Both the position numbers and the translations under genes were made by a program. The notes under the pieces are model-generated. The model had not been told where the DNA came from. It saw nothing but the letters and a program-made list of their open reading frames with translations, and ran no database searches. A stretch of DNA of 63,249 nt, filler included, from Gonapodya sp. JEL0774 (Eukaryota), in the NCBI GenBank assembly GCA_027604505.1. It is 12 parts of 12 records of this genome, joined end to end, with 100 filler letters (N's around TTAATTAATTAA, not from the genome) between each part and the next. Parts side by side here need not be neighbours in the genome. Positions count along the whole stretch, not along the records: positions 47,561 to 52,726 come from JADIIX010000772.1; positions 52,827 to 57,991 come from JADIIX010000773.1; positions 58,092 to 63,249 come from JADIIX010000774.1; 9 more parts are not named here. One strand, given 5' to 3'. This document shows positions 51,212-63,249 of this stretch, piece after piece. Each line of letters begins with the position of its first letter. Positions within the stretch are counted from its first letter, which is position 1.

Positions 51212-52726
51212 ATGACGGCGGAATCTGTACCCGCTGATCCCTCTGTCGCTCTGCCGGCGGAGCTGTTCCTTCGCGTGCTGGAAGTGCTCAGCTCCAACTT
51301 GGTAGAAACGGGGAAGGAAGCAACACTATATGATCTCGGGTATCCCCACGTTTTTGAGCACAATCGATCGTTGCGAGCGTTATCGAATTCGTCTACCGAG
51401 CTGTCGCGTGTTGAATCGCTTGGGAATACGGAGGAAAGTGCCGGCCACCTTGTCAAGGACACGAAGGGAAAGGGAAAGGCGCCCGTCAAGGACGGACCAA
51501 AGCAGACATCTCAGCCATCTCTCTCTTCCTCCAAGTCGTTATCCGAGAGGTCCAAAAGTCAGCGAAATCGGATAAGCCTCTCGAAGGCCGCATTGGCATA
51601 TGAGCCATGGAATCCCCCCCCAGTCCCCGAAGTCACGTTCGATGCCATCACACTCATCAAGTGTTCTTGGGTCTCTCGCAGCTGGAGGCGCTTCGCGACC
51701 GAGCCGGTACTGTGGGGTGCTCTGTGTGACAAACTTTGGGAGGGAAAAGTCTTCATTCCCGAGAAGTTTCGGAACATGCGCGAGATGCGAGTATCAGGTT
51801 TCAGCGATCTTTCATATGTGTGAACTGAAATCTAGGCACTTGCGTTCGCATTCCATTCTAGTGACCCTCGCCGAGCGTATACTGAATCCCTCATTGACTC
51901 GAGACGTATCATTATCACAAAAGATGGTGAGGAGCTATTGAGAGACTGGCTCACTGCTCACGCACCATGAATGCTCACCCATGTATCCACGTTTGACACG
52001 CTGAAAGAACTCGTTAATTTCGATTGGCACTTCCGATTCAAAGAGAGGTACCCCTCCCACAAAATGCATATCTATCTTTGTCTCCCCATTTTAACGCTTT
52101 TCATTCCCAGCGCTGGTGAGCACTTCACCGAAGACGATGCTTGGTGGCTCCATAAGCCCGCACGTGTCCGGAAATTTCTTCCGGACCACACCCTTGGAAA
52201 CTTGGGAGGCGTACCGGGACCCGGCTGGAAATGGCGCTTTGTCGATAATGCAGGGGGCAAGCGAGGACCCAAAGGTGCATTTCTCAGGACAGGAAGAACT
52301 CCGGCGTCGGTTTTCAGCAGGCATCGGTATGTCCCCTGAGTTTGCATCCCTTACACGCGGATTTAAGTTTTAATTATTGTGTCCCTTTCTAGGAACTGGG
52401 GGTGGCTCATGCAAAGCTGTTGGCACGTCTCGACGTCCTTTCCGCTCCCACCGCGCAATGTCGACGGAGAAGATCCTACAGAAGACCCGGAGTTGACAGA
52501 TGAAGCGCTTCAAGTTACCACCAACGTTCAAAAGTATGAGGTTTTATGTTGTGAGTGGAGGTGCTGTCCTCTACGGAGTGCTGCCCCGTGCCTTCAGTCT
52601 CCTCAATGATATATTTCCGAATGTTTTCCACTCGCACCATCCCATGCTCTCATACCTTAGACAACTCCGGCCTCTCGTATCCAGACTCAGTCCCACTCGA
52701 CCGCCGAGGTTTTCGTTCCCTATTCA
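51212..52726 (+). CDS. F-box protein (split F-box) with Trp-rich C-terminal domain; 3' end at contig edge
   Basis: LPAELFLRVLEVL..(insert)..LIKCSWVSRSWRRFATEPVLWGALC; DSRRIIITKDEL..WHFRFKE.AG..DAWW..NWGWLMQS. Confidence 0.75.
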
Positions 52727-52826
52727 NNNNNNNNNNNNNNNNNNNNNNNNNNNNNNNNNNNNNNNNNNNNTTAATTAATTAANNNNNNNNNNNNNNNNNN
52801 NNNNNNNNNNNNNNNNNNNNNNNNNN

Positions 52827-53690
52827 GCAATGAGAGGAATTCCTCACCACATAGGACCATAACACCCGCTAGTATCGAAGCTTCGACACTCAGCCCAACA
52901 TTTCGTGCTGTCCAATACGCCAATGGTACCGTCGCCGTACCAAACAAAGCACACCAGGCCCTCCACAAAACAATGGGCACTGTGTCAGGATAGTCCTTTT
53001 CTGAGTCCCAAGTAAATGACCGTGGTGTGTAGCCACTTAAATATCCACCGAGTGCGACCAGAAGTTTGCCGAGAGGCGGGTGGAGATCGAAGAAGTAAGC
53101 GCCAGAGAGGTAGTTGTCTGCGAACTTGCCGAAATGAGCCTGCGAGAAGTGGGGCGCGGGAATGAAATCAATAAACGCAATGAGTATTGGTAACCATTAT
53201 CGTCTGAACGCCGACAGTCAATCAACTCACCTCGTCCCATCTATAACACATTGGGATCATGTCGGGCAAGAAATCACCAACCCAAAAACATATCAACCAA
53301 AACGAAAACCCACACAACTTTCTTCCACCGTCCTATTCGCCACATTCTGGTCACAAGTGCGAGTACTGTGAGGCCAATCGGCGCCCAGAGCTCCTTCTCG
53401 CGTTCCCATTTCCATACTGCGTAGTCCCGGTCGGAGAAGAACAATTTCACCTTATCCAGAAGAAGTGGATTTTGACTATCGAGATGCATCGCTCGCTTGC
53501 TCGCTCGAGTCGCAGCGGCGTCCCCGTTTCTGTGGGAATCGTTCACCTCACTCCAGAAAGGCGCTTGTCCACGGGGTCGATACGATCCCTTGGCGTCGTC
53601 ATCGTCCGTCGCTGAAATATCAGAGGATGAGTGCTTCGGTAGCAAAGGCGCGGCATCAGTTCGTCCTGCCCGACGGCGAATGGGAATCAT
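52827..53690 (-). CDS. PMT2: Dolichyl-phosphate-mannose protein O-mannosyltransferase (PMT2 subfamily), 5' part
   Basis: Spliced VVWDEAHFGKFA..FFDLHPPLGKLL; FGTATVPLAYWTA. Confidence 0.88.
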
Positions 53691-54065
53691 TTAAATCGTC
53701 TTATATATTTGCCACCACCCATTACTTTGAGCACGTCTCGGCCGCCACCCACATAAATTTTGACCAAACTGTCTGTTCCTCAAATAAATCTATCTCTGAA
53801 AGCAGCTTGAGCATCACTCGCTGAGCTTTCGATGACATCTTCGCTCTTTGTTACATGCAACATGCATACATGTAGTTCCGGTATTTCAACAAGTATGTCT
53901 ATCTCTGTTTAGAAGAGGAATCGGGCAAACGTCAATCACAGCATAATCATTTGGGGTTCGGACTTGATGAACTGCTAGAAATTGTGCTTGCTGCACGCTG
54001 CTTCATGAAGAACTTCAAATGCTTTTACTCCCCACATCGTGGAATATCGCACACAACATTGGGTC

Positions 54066-55318
54066 ATGCAGGCGATCCATCGTCAGCGTCCGAATGAAGT
54101 GGACTCTATTGTACAGCATCACCGATCAAACTCAGCCGATTTTGTCTCAACCGAGAAATCGCCCTCTCGACCATTGACCACGCTCTAGCGGGCGCCACTG
54201 CTGGGGTCGTCTCTCGAGTCGTCATCGCCCCATTCGATGTCATCAAAATCCGCCTTCAGACGGAGCCTAGCTCTAGAAAGGTGGCCAGAACCCTCGCTAT
54301 AACAGGGTCCCTGGCCGCTGCCCCCCACGAGCAACTATATCGGAATGCATTCCAGGCTGGGAGCAGAATTGTCCTTGAAGAAGGAGTGCGTGCTCTTTGG
54401 AAGGGAAACTGGGCGGCCGAATGGCTATACCTTTCCTACGGAGCAGTGCAATTTGGGACATTTGGATTTCTCAGTACGAATCTCACCAGAATGGTACGAT
54501 TCACTGATAGACTGCTTTTCCATTCGCCGCTCAGATTTTGTACATGTTTTCAACTAGAACGAAATCTATCTGAAGTCTGTCGGTCTCAATCTCCCCGTGG
54601 ACCTCCAAACCTTTGTCGCAGGCGCTGTTGCTGGAATGACTGCAACAATTGCAACATACCGTGAGCACTTCTGATTCTCTCCAGCATACTACTTAGTACT
54701 GCTCTCATAGCGGTTATCGTCGCCTTGGTACTAGCTCTCGATCTTCTCCGCACTCGCTTCGCGCTCCAAGGCACTCCCCCTATCTACCCCTCTATTATTT
54801 CGGCTATCCAGACTATATACACTTCAGAAGGTGTACGTGGTTTCTACCGCGGAGTTGCTCCTAGCGTTGTGCAGATCCTACCCTACATGGGGTGTATGTT
54901 TGAGGCCCACTCACGCGTGGGCAGCTGGATAAGAGCTGCGAGAGCTGAAGACATTCGATCGGCGCGAAATGCAAACAATCGATGGTTGATTCCATGGACG
55001 GATGGGTACGATAATCTCGTCTCGGGGGCAATTGCAGGCACACTCTCGAAGCTCGCTGTTATGCCACTCGACACAACCCGGAAACGGCTACAACTCCAGT
55101 TCCCAGACCGGCACCTCCTCGCACATGCTTTTGTTCGATCATATCCGTCGGGATTCATTCGAGCGATGGCTCAGATCGTGCAGGAAGAAGGATTGAGGGG
55201 ACTCTACCGAGGGACATTGCCTGGGATTGTGAAAGCGGCGCCTGGTTCTGCGGTTACTTTTACAGTGGTGGGCTGGGTGGAGGGGGCGTTGCGGAAGAGG
55301 ATTGTGGACGCAAGCTAA
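54066..55318 (+). CDS. TPC1: Mitochondrial thiamine pyrophosphate carrier (SLC25A19-like); start approximate
   Basis: AGATAGVVSRVVIAPFDVIKIRLQ, WKGNWAAEWLYLSYGAVQF, LDLLRTRFA, PLDTTRKRLQ. Confidence 0.88.
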
Positions 55319-55724
55319 CACTCGTAAATAGAACATGCTGGAAAAGTGACCCGACGATTATCGAGGACATCAGGCTATTCACGCTGTCGAGGTCTCGAGG
55401 TCAATGACACAACTGGAATGTGCATCCACCCCACTAAGATAACAAGGGAGTTCAAGTACTCAAGGATATATGTATTTGTTATAATAGTTTGTGTTCTCAC
55501 CATGTTGATCGTTGTCGTGTCTCACGAGAAGGGCGAGATCGCCCAGACTCACAGTTCTTCGTACGCTGTGCTTAATTTTAATTGACTTGATGGAACTGTT
55601 GTGAGTCCAATTTCTCTCGTCAGACGCGAGGGGTGGATGTTAAGCTAGGATCTTCAAATCATGCGCCCCGAGGGACAAAACATGACGTAAACCGGGATGA
55701 TGATATGGACGAACTAAAATGGAT

Positions 55725-56792
55725 TTACACATTTTCTTTTACCATTGCGTCCACGGCAGCTTCCCATCCCTTTCGATCAAGCACCAGCATCACCCTACCA
55801 ATACCACCTCCCTCGCTAGCATCTGCGCCGGCACCCGCGATTTTTTTGGCTTTTCTGATAGTTATATTCACCATCGCATGTTTTGCAAGCATTTCGTCTT
55901 CAGGGTGGAAAAATTGAATGGAGTCCGGTTTGGAGGGATCACTTGAGGATGGCTTCGAAACGTCCACTTCGTCTCCCTCTTCTTGATCGGGATCCTCTTC
56001 CACAAATGTCCGTCCTATGTAAACAGCATAGCCGAAATCGTACTCGTTCTCTTTCAACGACACTGCATGTGCACAGTCTGTCAGGAGAGACTTGTGCATT
56101 GGAGGGGCAATCTGAGGTGGCATGTTGACAAGACGAGAAGAAAGAAGAAGGGCAACGGTTTGACGTTTATTGGAGCTCGGCGGCACGGCGTCACCAGCGG
56201 ATAAAAGCTGAGCGAGCTTGCCCGTTTTATCCTTGCCGCAGAGGTAACTGCGAAGATGAGCCAGTGTACGATGCAGCTTGTCGGGGCCTGTCATCTTCTC
56301 TTTGTTTATTGCGTCATCATCGGAAGTCCAGAAAGAGTTGTGGAGCCCCACTGCGGTGACGATTGCAAACGGGTCAGGATCTTCTTCGCCTTCGATTTTC
56401 ACCACGCAACCGATTCCGTTGCGTTCAATGATGTGCTCAGCAAGGTCAGAGTAGAAAGGAGGAGGTGCTTTGGATTCGAAGTCCGGTGAGGATAGTAGTT
56501 GACGACACAAAGTCTTGAGTCCATGAAAGTCCGAATCCACAGCGTTCTCGAATGAAAATGATATGTCCAAGCTCTACAGGGGAGACAAAAACATATGTAG
56601 ACGTCACAGCCTGCACGTCATTGATCAACTAGATTGACAGCTCACAGTTTCGCCTTCCTCATCACTGCTGCTCTCTGTTGCTTCCGAATCATCCTCATCC
56701 TCTGACTCGACCGCGGGCTTTTCCAATGGGGCTTCCTTTTTATTGATGGCGCTGTTTGGGTGGCCTGTTTTCTGCCGTTTTGGAGCAGGCAT
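55725..56792 (-). CDS. BCP1: Bcp1/BCCIP ribosome biogenesis factor
   Basis: DFHGLKTLCRQL, LLLSSRLVNMPPQIAPPM, FFHPEDE; acidic N-terminus. Confidence 0.9.
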
Positions 56793-57183
56793 TGCCGCGA
56801 ATGGATCGATTTGTGACTTTGAAAGAGATATGAGGTACGTAGTGCCAGGGTTCTTGTATGCGTTCGTTCCCACACCGCGAACGCTTGAGGCGGTAAGTTT
56901 GCGCATTCCTGCTACAGAGAATCAACTACATATGCAGAGAATTTAAATTATTGTACCTCTGATGACTTTGATTATCCATCGTGCACTGCAAGCATGTAAT
57001 CCGACATAGTCGAAGAATATGTAGATTGTAGTTTACAGACTCATGTAAGCTCAAATAGACATCGAGGGTCGCGTTGGAAGTGGCTTTCAGGATACAGTTC
57101 CCGGGCTGGGCTTGATGGAGTCATGGGCTGAGCCTCTCCGCACATCCCCACTTCATTTCATCACCTCCCTTTCGCCTTCGGTG

Positions 57184-57991
57184 ATGTCGCTCTCGGACAA
57201 GGAAGCGGCGGCTGTTCACGCGGCAGCCGTCACCCGGAATTACACAGTGGAGCCCCGTCTTGGTGTGTGGTCATGCTCTTGCCAGGAATGGTCAAAATAC
57301 CCTCCCTTGCGAGGACCGTGGAAGGACATCGACATCGTAAAATTGAATTCTCGGCTGGGGCTAGATGGTCTCCTTTGAGGCGCGAGCTCGCTGCTCCGGG
57401 TGAAAAGATGTGTTTGGCGCTGTTCTCCACCTCGACCCGTGTTGCTGTACGAGAAGCGAGGCAAACGCATTTTCACGAAAAGTTGGGCGAGTCTCGTTGA
57501 ATTCATTCATTTACTGTACTGCCCGGTCACTCGATCCGCGTCAATGCGACGCGACGCATTCCCATATTGAACCTGATGTCATGGCCCACGCAAACACGTC
57601 ACTCCTGCAAACTCGAGCTGCTTTTTTGCTAAAATATTTTTATCGTCTGCTGATTAGACTACCGCACTGTTGCGGGTGTTAATGGACCACTGGTCATTCT
57701 CGACAATGTCAAGGTCAGTTTTGGTCGCGAGCCCGGAGAGCCACGTCCGTGCAGGGAAATCACTCTGAATCTTTCTAATTTCTCTCCTCGGCAGTTCCCG
57801 CGATTTGCCGAAATTGTCACCTTGACCCTCCCCGATGGCTCCAAACGCTCAGGCCAGGTGCTCGAAGTATCAGGCAGAAAAGCTGTGGTCCAAGTTCGTA
57901 CACTTCACTTATTGTGGTCTCCAGGCAGCTTCCCATCTTGTCTTCCATAGGTTTTTGAAGGCACCGCCGGTGTCGACGTCAAGGCGACTCG
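57184..57991 (+). CDS. VMA2: V-ATPase V1 subunit B, 5' part
   Basis: [63 protein letters not shown]. Confidence 0.96.
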
Positions 57992-58091
57992 NNNNNNNNN
58001 NNNNNNNNNNNNNNNNNNNNNNNNNNNNNNNNNNNTTAATTAATTAANNNNNNNNNNNNNNNNNNNNNNNNNNNNNNNNNNNNNNNNNNNN

Positions 58092-59624
58092 GGAGACCAT
58101 CCGCCCGCACCGGGGTCCACTGGTCCGAGGGACCTCCCCGGCGGAGCGGCGAACATGCCCATCTGTGGATTGTTGCTCATAGGCAGAAAGTTTTCATGAT
58201 GTCCCATCGACTGCGGTGCATTGCGCATTGCCGCTGCGCTAGTGGCGCCTCGAGTACCTCCGGGGCTCTTCGTTGCGGTCTGGTTGTTGGAGATGAAAGC
58301 GAGGTGACCAAACTTGTCAGGCCGAACACGGAGACGACGCCCATCCAGATTGAAGCCCTCGAACATAGCTTTCGGGGCAATGGGAGACGGATTTAGCTTC
58401 TGAGACACTGCGAAAAACGCGAATTCCACGTGGCTGAATAGCATGACGCCTCTCACCAATGGCTCTATCTGCCTCGTCCTTGCTCTCAAACACAACCACT
58501 CCAATTCCCTTGCTTTCACCCTCCCCATTGAGAAGAACGTCGGCTCGTTGGACGTTACCAGCCATCCGGAAGAGCTGCTTGAGTTCTGGCCACCGCATGG
58601 TGAACGGCATCTGAAAACGAGGAAAGTGTCAACACACGAAGTATACAGCATTAGCGCTCTTAAAAAAAGAGCCGCGATCGTACGTTGGTGACAAACAATT
58701 GACGTCCTTCGGCGGTGAGCTGTTCGGCGCGCCCACCGCGAACGGGTTGGATAATAATTTTACGCCCATTGAGGTCGAAGCCATGGAAGCGCACTATGTC
58801 ATAGCGTGAGACAAATCGAGTGAAGGACTCGCGATCGGGTGCGGAAAAAATTGGGTTGGTGCCACTCACAAGCCGCGACTTTTGCGTCCTCGAGAACTTC
58901 AAACACCACGCTTCCGTACCCCTTGCTCCTTCCTTCGGCATCAAGAGATACATCCGATCTTAAGACAGAACCTTTTGTGCAAGCAGTTCTCATCAAATCT
59001 TTCAGATCCTGCCAGCTGAATGAATATGGAAGGTTCCGAACCCAGAGGTGACGAGTCGTCACGTCATTCGGATCGAGAGGGATCAAACGAGAAGGAGTGC
59101 TCGGCGGGTTTAAGAAGTGGGTGTAGTGTGCGGGTGAAAGACCGACGCCACCATCCACTAATTCCGATGCGGGCTCCATACTGCCCGTGGCGCCAGGGGT
59201 ACCGTCCGACTGGCGAGGGGGCGTCGTAAGTTGGAATCGGGGTGGACTAGAGTAGGAAGGAACGTGTGCGACGCCATGCGTAGGTTGAGTCGGACTTTGA
59301 ATTGTGCCTGAATCGGCGTGGGGGGTGAAGGGTTTAGTCATGGTCAATATTCAGGCACGGCGACCAATACCATCCAAAACGAGCACATGAATGAAGTGCA
59401 AGTGTTTACTCGCGAGAGTACGCTTTACATCGATTCCGGGACTCACCAGCATCGGTGTGGTCCCCAAAGGAACCTTGAGCTGAGCCAGCCACTTTGCGTG
59501 CATCCTGTGATATGGGAGGGGATACCTTGTCAATGATGGCGTGCTCGGTTTCAACGTGGTTTGATTGCGATGAGGGGCTGGCCGGGCGCGAGAGCGAATG
59601 GATGCTTGCTGCTGTTGCCATCAT
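58092..59624 (-). CDS. GBP2: Multi-RRM protein, Gbp2/Hrb1/hnRNP M-like, 5' part
   Basis: LWVRNLPYSFSWQDLKDLMR..GRSKGYGSVVF; LFVTNMPFTMRWPELKQLFRMAGNVQRADV..SKGIGVVVF. Confidence 0.8.
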
Positions 59625-60286
59625 GGTGACAATGGCTGAAAGTGGCAGGGGCGAACCAGGACACCGACACCCGGCGGATACGACTGGTAATTGATGAAAG
59701 AAGGCAATCCGAAAAGAGCGGGACTCGACTTGTGGCGGGCTGGTGGCGAATGGCTTTTCAACCAAGGTCAGGTATCATCACGAACGTGGCGGGTTGCTCA
59801 AGGTTTTGTTGAGGGACAAAAAAGGTCCCGATACCGCAGCAGAAACCATCCAATGGGCCGTGCATGCACTCAAGTATGATAATAATGACCACTCTGCAGG
59901 TTATCTCTGCTAGTGCATGTTGATTCCGGAGCCTATTTATGTGCTGCCGGGATGTCAACGTTCGTGCGATTCGGATGCAAGACACGTATCCGGTATCCAT
60001 TCAAAAAGGCGGAAGAAAAACAACGTCTTTCAATTCCTTCAAACAATATTCTGCACATGTCCGGTGTAACGTGTCGCTCGGCCCCACATCGAAAGTTCGG
60101 ACTGTCTTCCAAGTCGAATACGCAACTTTTGTGAATGCCGCATTTCATAGACGCTCGTGCATCGGAGTGCTCATAGAAATGTATCGGTGAAGCAGGGGCG
60201 AGCGATTTTCTTTCATCGCGGGGTGTTTTGCAATTCAGATCGACTCGGGCCATCACCAATCTCCGCAACCAACCCGACTGTCTGTA

Positions 60287-62039
60287 ATGTCGAAACTGCT
60301 GGACTTTCTGGGGCTCAAGCGGCCCAACCTGCCCACAGACGGGGCCAATAATGTGATGGTGACGACGTCCCGCAAGCCCAACTTCGAACCCCCCGTTCCT
60401 CAACTCCCAGACGAAATCCTCCTGATCGTTTTTCTCTTTCTTCCACCTCGAGTTTTCTATCGGGACGTCCCCCGCATCTGTAAGAGATGGAAGCAGATAT
60501 CCGCAACCCTCGTGTCTCCCGATGGGAAGATTCCCGTCGCTCTCGACGTCTCGGTCACCATACCCACAAGCGACGCAAGACATCTCCAGCCATATGGGGT
60601 TGAATGGCGGTCCGCGTTCCAAGAATCGATTCTGCCGCCAGCGGAGAAGCGAAATCGCTGGGTTGCGATGAACATTTCAATGCTGGACACACCTGCCGGA
60701 AATTACCATGTAGAAACCCTTGAAAACAAATCCCAGCTGGCTTTCCACTCTGGATCATGGGTTGGCGTCACGAGTAAACCCAATATCCAGGTAGTGGATA
60801 TCCGAATTTCACTGACATCATCGAGGGAAGTTCTCCTGGACAGTCGGAACGCATTCGCCCGAATAGTTTGTCCTTTTCCTGGTGTTGAGTGGTCTAACAC
60901 GTGATGATTTTTACAGACGTGTCCCGGACCCTCCACTGCTTTCTCATTTCGCCACCGCTCTCGCCATTCCTGCTGGTGTGGTGGGGTCTGTACAGCCCAC
61001 GAGACTTTGTATCAGCGCGACCTCCCTTATGGCACTTTCTAAGCACATGGGCACATTCAAAGCTCTCGCAATTCAAGAGCTTGATGTGACAGACAGATGG
61101 CAGAATTTGCAGATCGGAACGGGAACAGCAGTCGGATCGGTGGACATGACCATTCCTCCAATGCTCAGCTTGGAGCATCACGTCTTCGCTCTCTTCCCTT
61201 CGCTGAGGAGTCTCAAAATCCACGACGCCGGACCGTACTCTGCATGCCCACCCAATCTTTTCCCGTCCCTGGAAGAGATTGCGTGTGCCTTTCAGGAACT
61301 TTCGGAGCAGTCTTGTCATCAGCTTTACTCCCTTGATCTCGACAAGTGCATCACTGCGAATGGGTCCAGCTCCCCTCCTGATGTCCTTGGATATGTGATG
61401 GCAAGCCCCTGGCACACCACACAACTCAGTGTGGAAGCGTGCACACAGCTCAAATTGCACCTTTCGGAGCTCTGTGCACTTTTGCCCAATGTAAAGGAAC
61501 TGGGCACCTTTTCTGCACTTGTTCCGTGGGACCAGGTTTTTGGACCCCGTGTTCTTTCACAGGAGAATGTCGTTTCTTCTGGAACACTGCTGCCCCTGCA
61601 TACTGGGGTGCGCTGTCTCACCATTGATATGTTTCACATGTTTTTCGGCAGCTCTACCGTTTCCTTCGACAGGATTGCTAAAAAGCGGACTTGTAAGGAA
61701 GATCTTTCCTCGCTCACTCATGCCGCTACGCTTGCTGCCCAGTTTCCAAGGTTGAGACGATTGGACTTGTTGGTTCGGGAGGCGGGCTCCCATTGGAACG
61801 GAGCTTCGGACGTTACACTTTCAACCGGAAGTCTGTCACGTTGGGTGGAGTTCGTGGCCGAGCAGCCTGCTGGAGTGGTCACATTTGTTGGTCGAGGTTG
61901 GGGGGAGGCAAGTGAGAGTGCAGGGATGCACGCTTCTGGCAAGGGCAGATGTGAAGCCGTGAGGACTTTCTTGCAAGAGTTAGGTAAGCGCTGTGCTGGG
62001 ATACAAAAGGCGGTTGTTGGGGTGGATTCCCGGCTCTGA
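60287..62039 (+). CDS. F-box protein, same family as 1369
   Basis: LPDEILLIVFLFLPPRVFYRDVPRICKRW; one intron near 60865-60916; LRR-like FPSLRSL and FPRLRRLDL. Confidence 0.8.
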
Positions 62040-62488
62040 ATGTGGGGAAACTCAGCACCGAATTCGATGGGCAGGTGGGATTTGCTTTGATTTACTTCTA
62101 ATGTTCAAATTTTGGAGCGTTGTGTGTGCGTAATCTGTCTAGTATCTTATCGTGCGTTGGATTACCACTGACCGGTGACGTGCTGACCTGTTGTCGAGCA
62201 CGTCCCAGCCGGGCGCGTTGCTGCTCGGCGAAACTCCCCTACTTCTTATCTTTCTCGTAGCCTTTTCATGTGTCTTTCTTATTATGATAACCTGAAGACC
62301 CCGTGCCTCCGCCTTCACATGCTCATGAGTCGAGTGCAAACTTTGTTGGTGCAACCCACTACCCTTGTGTGTGTGTCAGATGGTCACATGCTCATCACCC
62401 CAGGCCAACAACAACACACGGATTCATCTGCATTTCATAGATCAACTCTCCATCGACTCTGCCCCATCGATCAGCCACATCAATATCC

Positions 62489-63249
62489 ATGCCGCCTGTT
62501 CCCCTTCAACAGGCGTGTGCGGTGACTCACATCTCCCCACTCTCCCCCACTCTCCCCCTCTCGCTATCCATCGCCCTTGTCTCTCCCCATGTCTCCCTGT
62601 CTGCTCGGCGCCCATTCCGCTCCTTCTTCCCTCTCCGCCCCTTCTCCGTGTCCTCTCCACGGCTGAAACCCGTGATCACTCCTTCTGCACTCGGCTCCCC
62701 CTCCAACACCCACCCGCACTCTCACACTCCGCCACTCGCCACTCCCTCTCTCCCCATCAGGCCTCAGCACAACCACCACAACCACCTGTCTCGATTCCCA
62801 CACCCCCCACGCGCTGCTGCTGCTGTGGACACTCCCGTTCCTCTGTCACTGTCTCCCACCAATCACGATCACGCAGCCCCCACAGCACCCTCCACCCACT
62901 CCACCCACTCTACCCACTCAGACTCACCCACCTCACCTGACTCCCATGACTCATCCACACCCACTCTGCCTCCCACTCTGTCTCCCACGCCCTCTCCCTC
63001 TCCCTCTCCCTACTCCTCTCCACCCCCAGATGATCCCTTCTCAAACCCCCTCCTCCAGTCACGTGCACTCGCCCACAGACCAACTTCCGACCTCCTCCTC
63101 TCTTACGCAGTCTTTGCTCTCTGCTTGTTTCGCCCCTTGGTCAACCACGGCGAACAGCTGCTCGAATGGTCGGAGAAATGGTCCGTCACGGATTTCCTCG
63201 CGAAGGAGGTCGTCAGAAACAGTTTCTTCAGGCAGTTTTGTGGGGGGGT
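62489..63249 (+). CDS. PUT1: Proline dehydrogenase, 5' part (absent from the ORF track because it has no stop)
   Basis: Open frame from ATG 62489 through a Pro/Ser/His/Thr-rich leader to RPTSDLLLSYAVFALC..LVNHG..VVRNSFFRQFCGG. Confidence 0.75.
   Translation, partial: MPPVPLQQACAVTHISPLSPTLPLSLSIALVSPHVSLSARRPFRSFFPLRPFSVSSPRLKPVITPSALGSPSNTHPHSHTPPLATPSLPIRPQHNHHNHLSRFPHPPRAAAAVDTPVPLSLSPTNHDHAAPTAPSTHSTHSTHSDSPTSPDSHDSSTPTLPPTLSPTPSPSPSPYSSPPPDDPFSNPLLQSRALAHRPTSDLLLSYAVFALCLFRPLVNHGEQLLEWSEKWSVTDFLAKEVVRNSFFRQFCGG

Noticed and set aside
54005..54097. In-frame TGA upstream of the TPC1 core as a readthrough or Sec site
   Set aside because: A short first exon from ATG 54066 with a GT-AG intron explains it more simply.

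Overview
This window is not one locus. It is 12 unrelated eukaryotic contigs of ~5.16-5.20 kb, sorted by decreasing length and joined by 100-nt spacers (44 N + TTAATTAATTAA + 44 N). Contigs: 1-5204, 5305-10497, 10598-15790, 15891-21077, 21178-26359, 26460-31638, 31739-36917, 37018-42191, 42292-47460, 47561-52726, 52827-57991, 58092-63249. Genes are compact, with many short GT-AG introns. PMT2, GYP2, BCP1, a dual MyTH4-FERM myosin and a Crinkler-like protein point to an early-diverging zoosporic fungus (chytrid/monoblepharid, Gonapodya-like; inference). Recognisable conserved genes: TAF5, GYP2/TBC1D9, a PA-TM-RING E3, a Rieske protein, THO2, RPC31, MED31, myosin VII/XV/XXII-like, F-BAR-RhoGAP, AMACR, NFS1, PMT2, TPC1, BCP1, VMA2, GBP2-like and PUT1. 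The accessory content is dominated by ubiquitin-system genes: six F-box genes plus a decayed paralog, a decayed tandem ubiquitin-like gene, and a Ubl-header/REase Crinkler-like effector. There is also a divergent pair of PB1-domain genes, a secreted Cys-rich protein, and a nest of Ty1/copia LTRs that interrupts a hidden ORF. No multi-gene novel system can be demonstrated, because adjacency across spacers is artificial. All family calls come from motif recognition by eye; no database searches were run.
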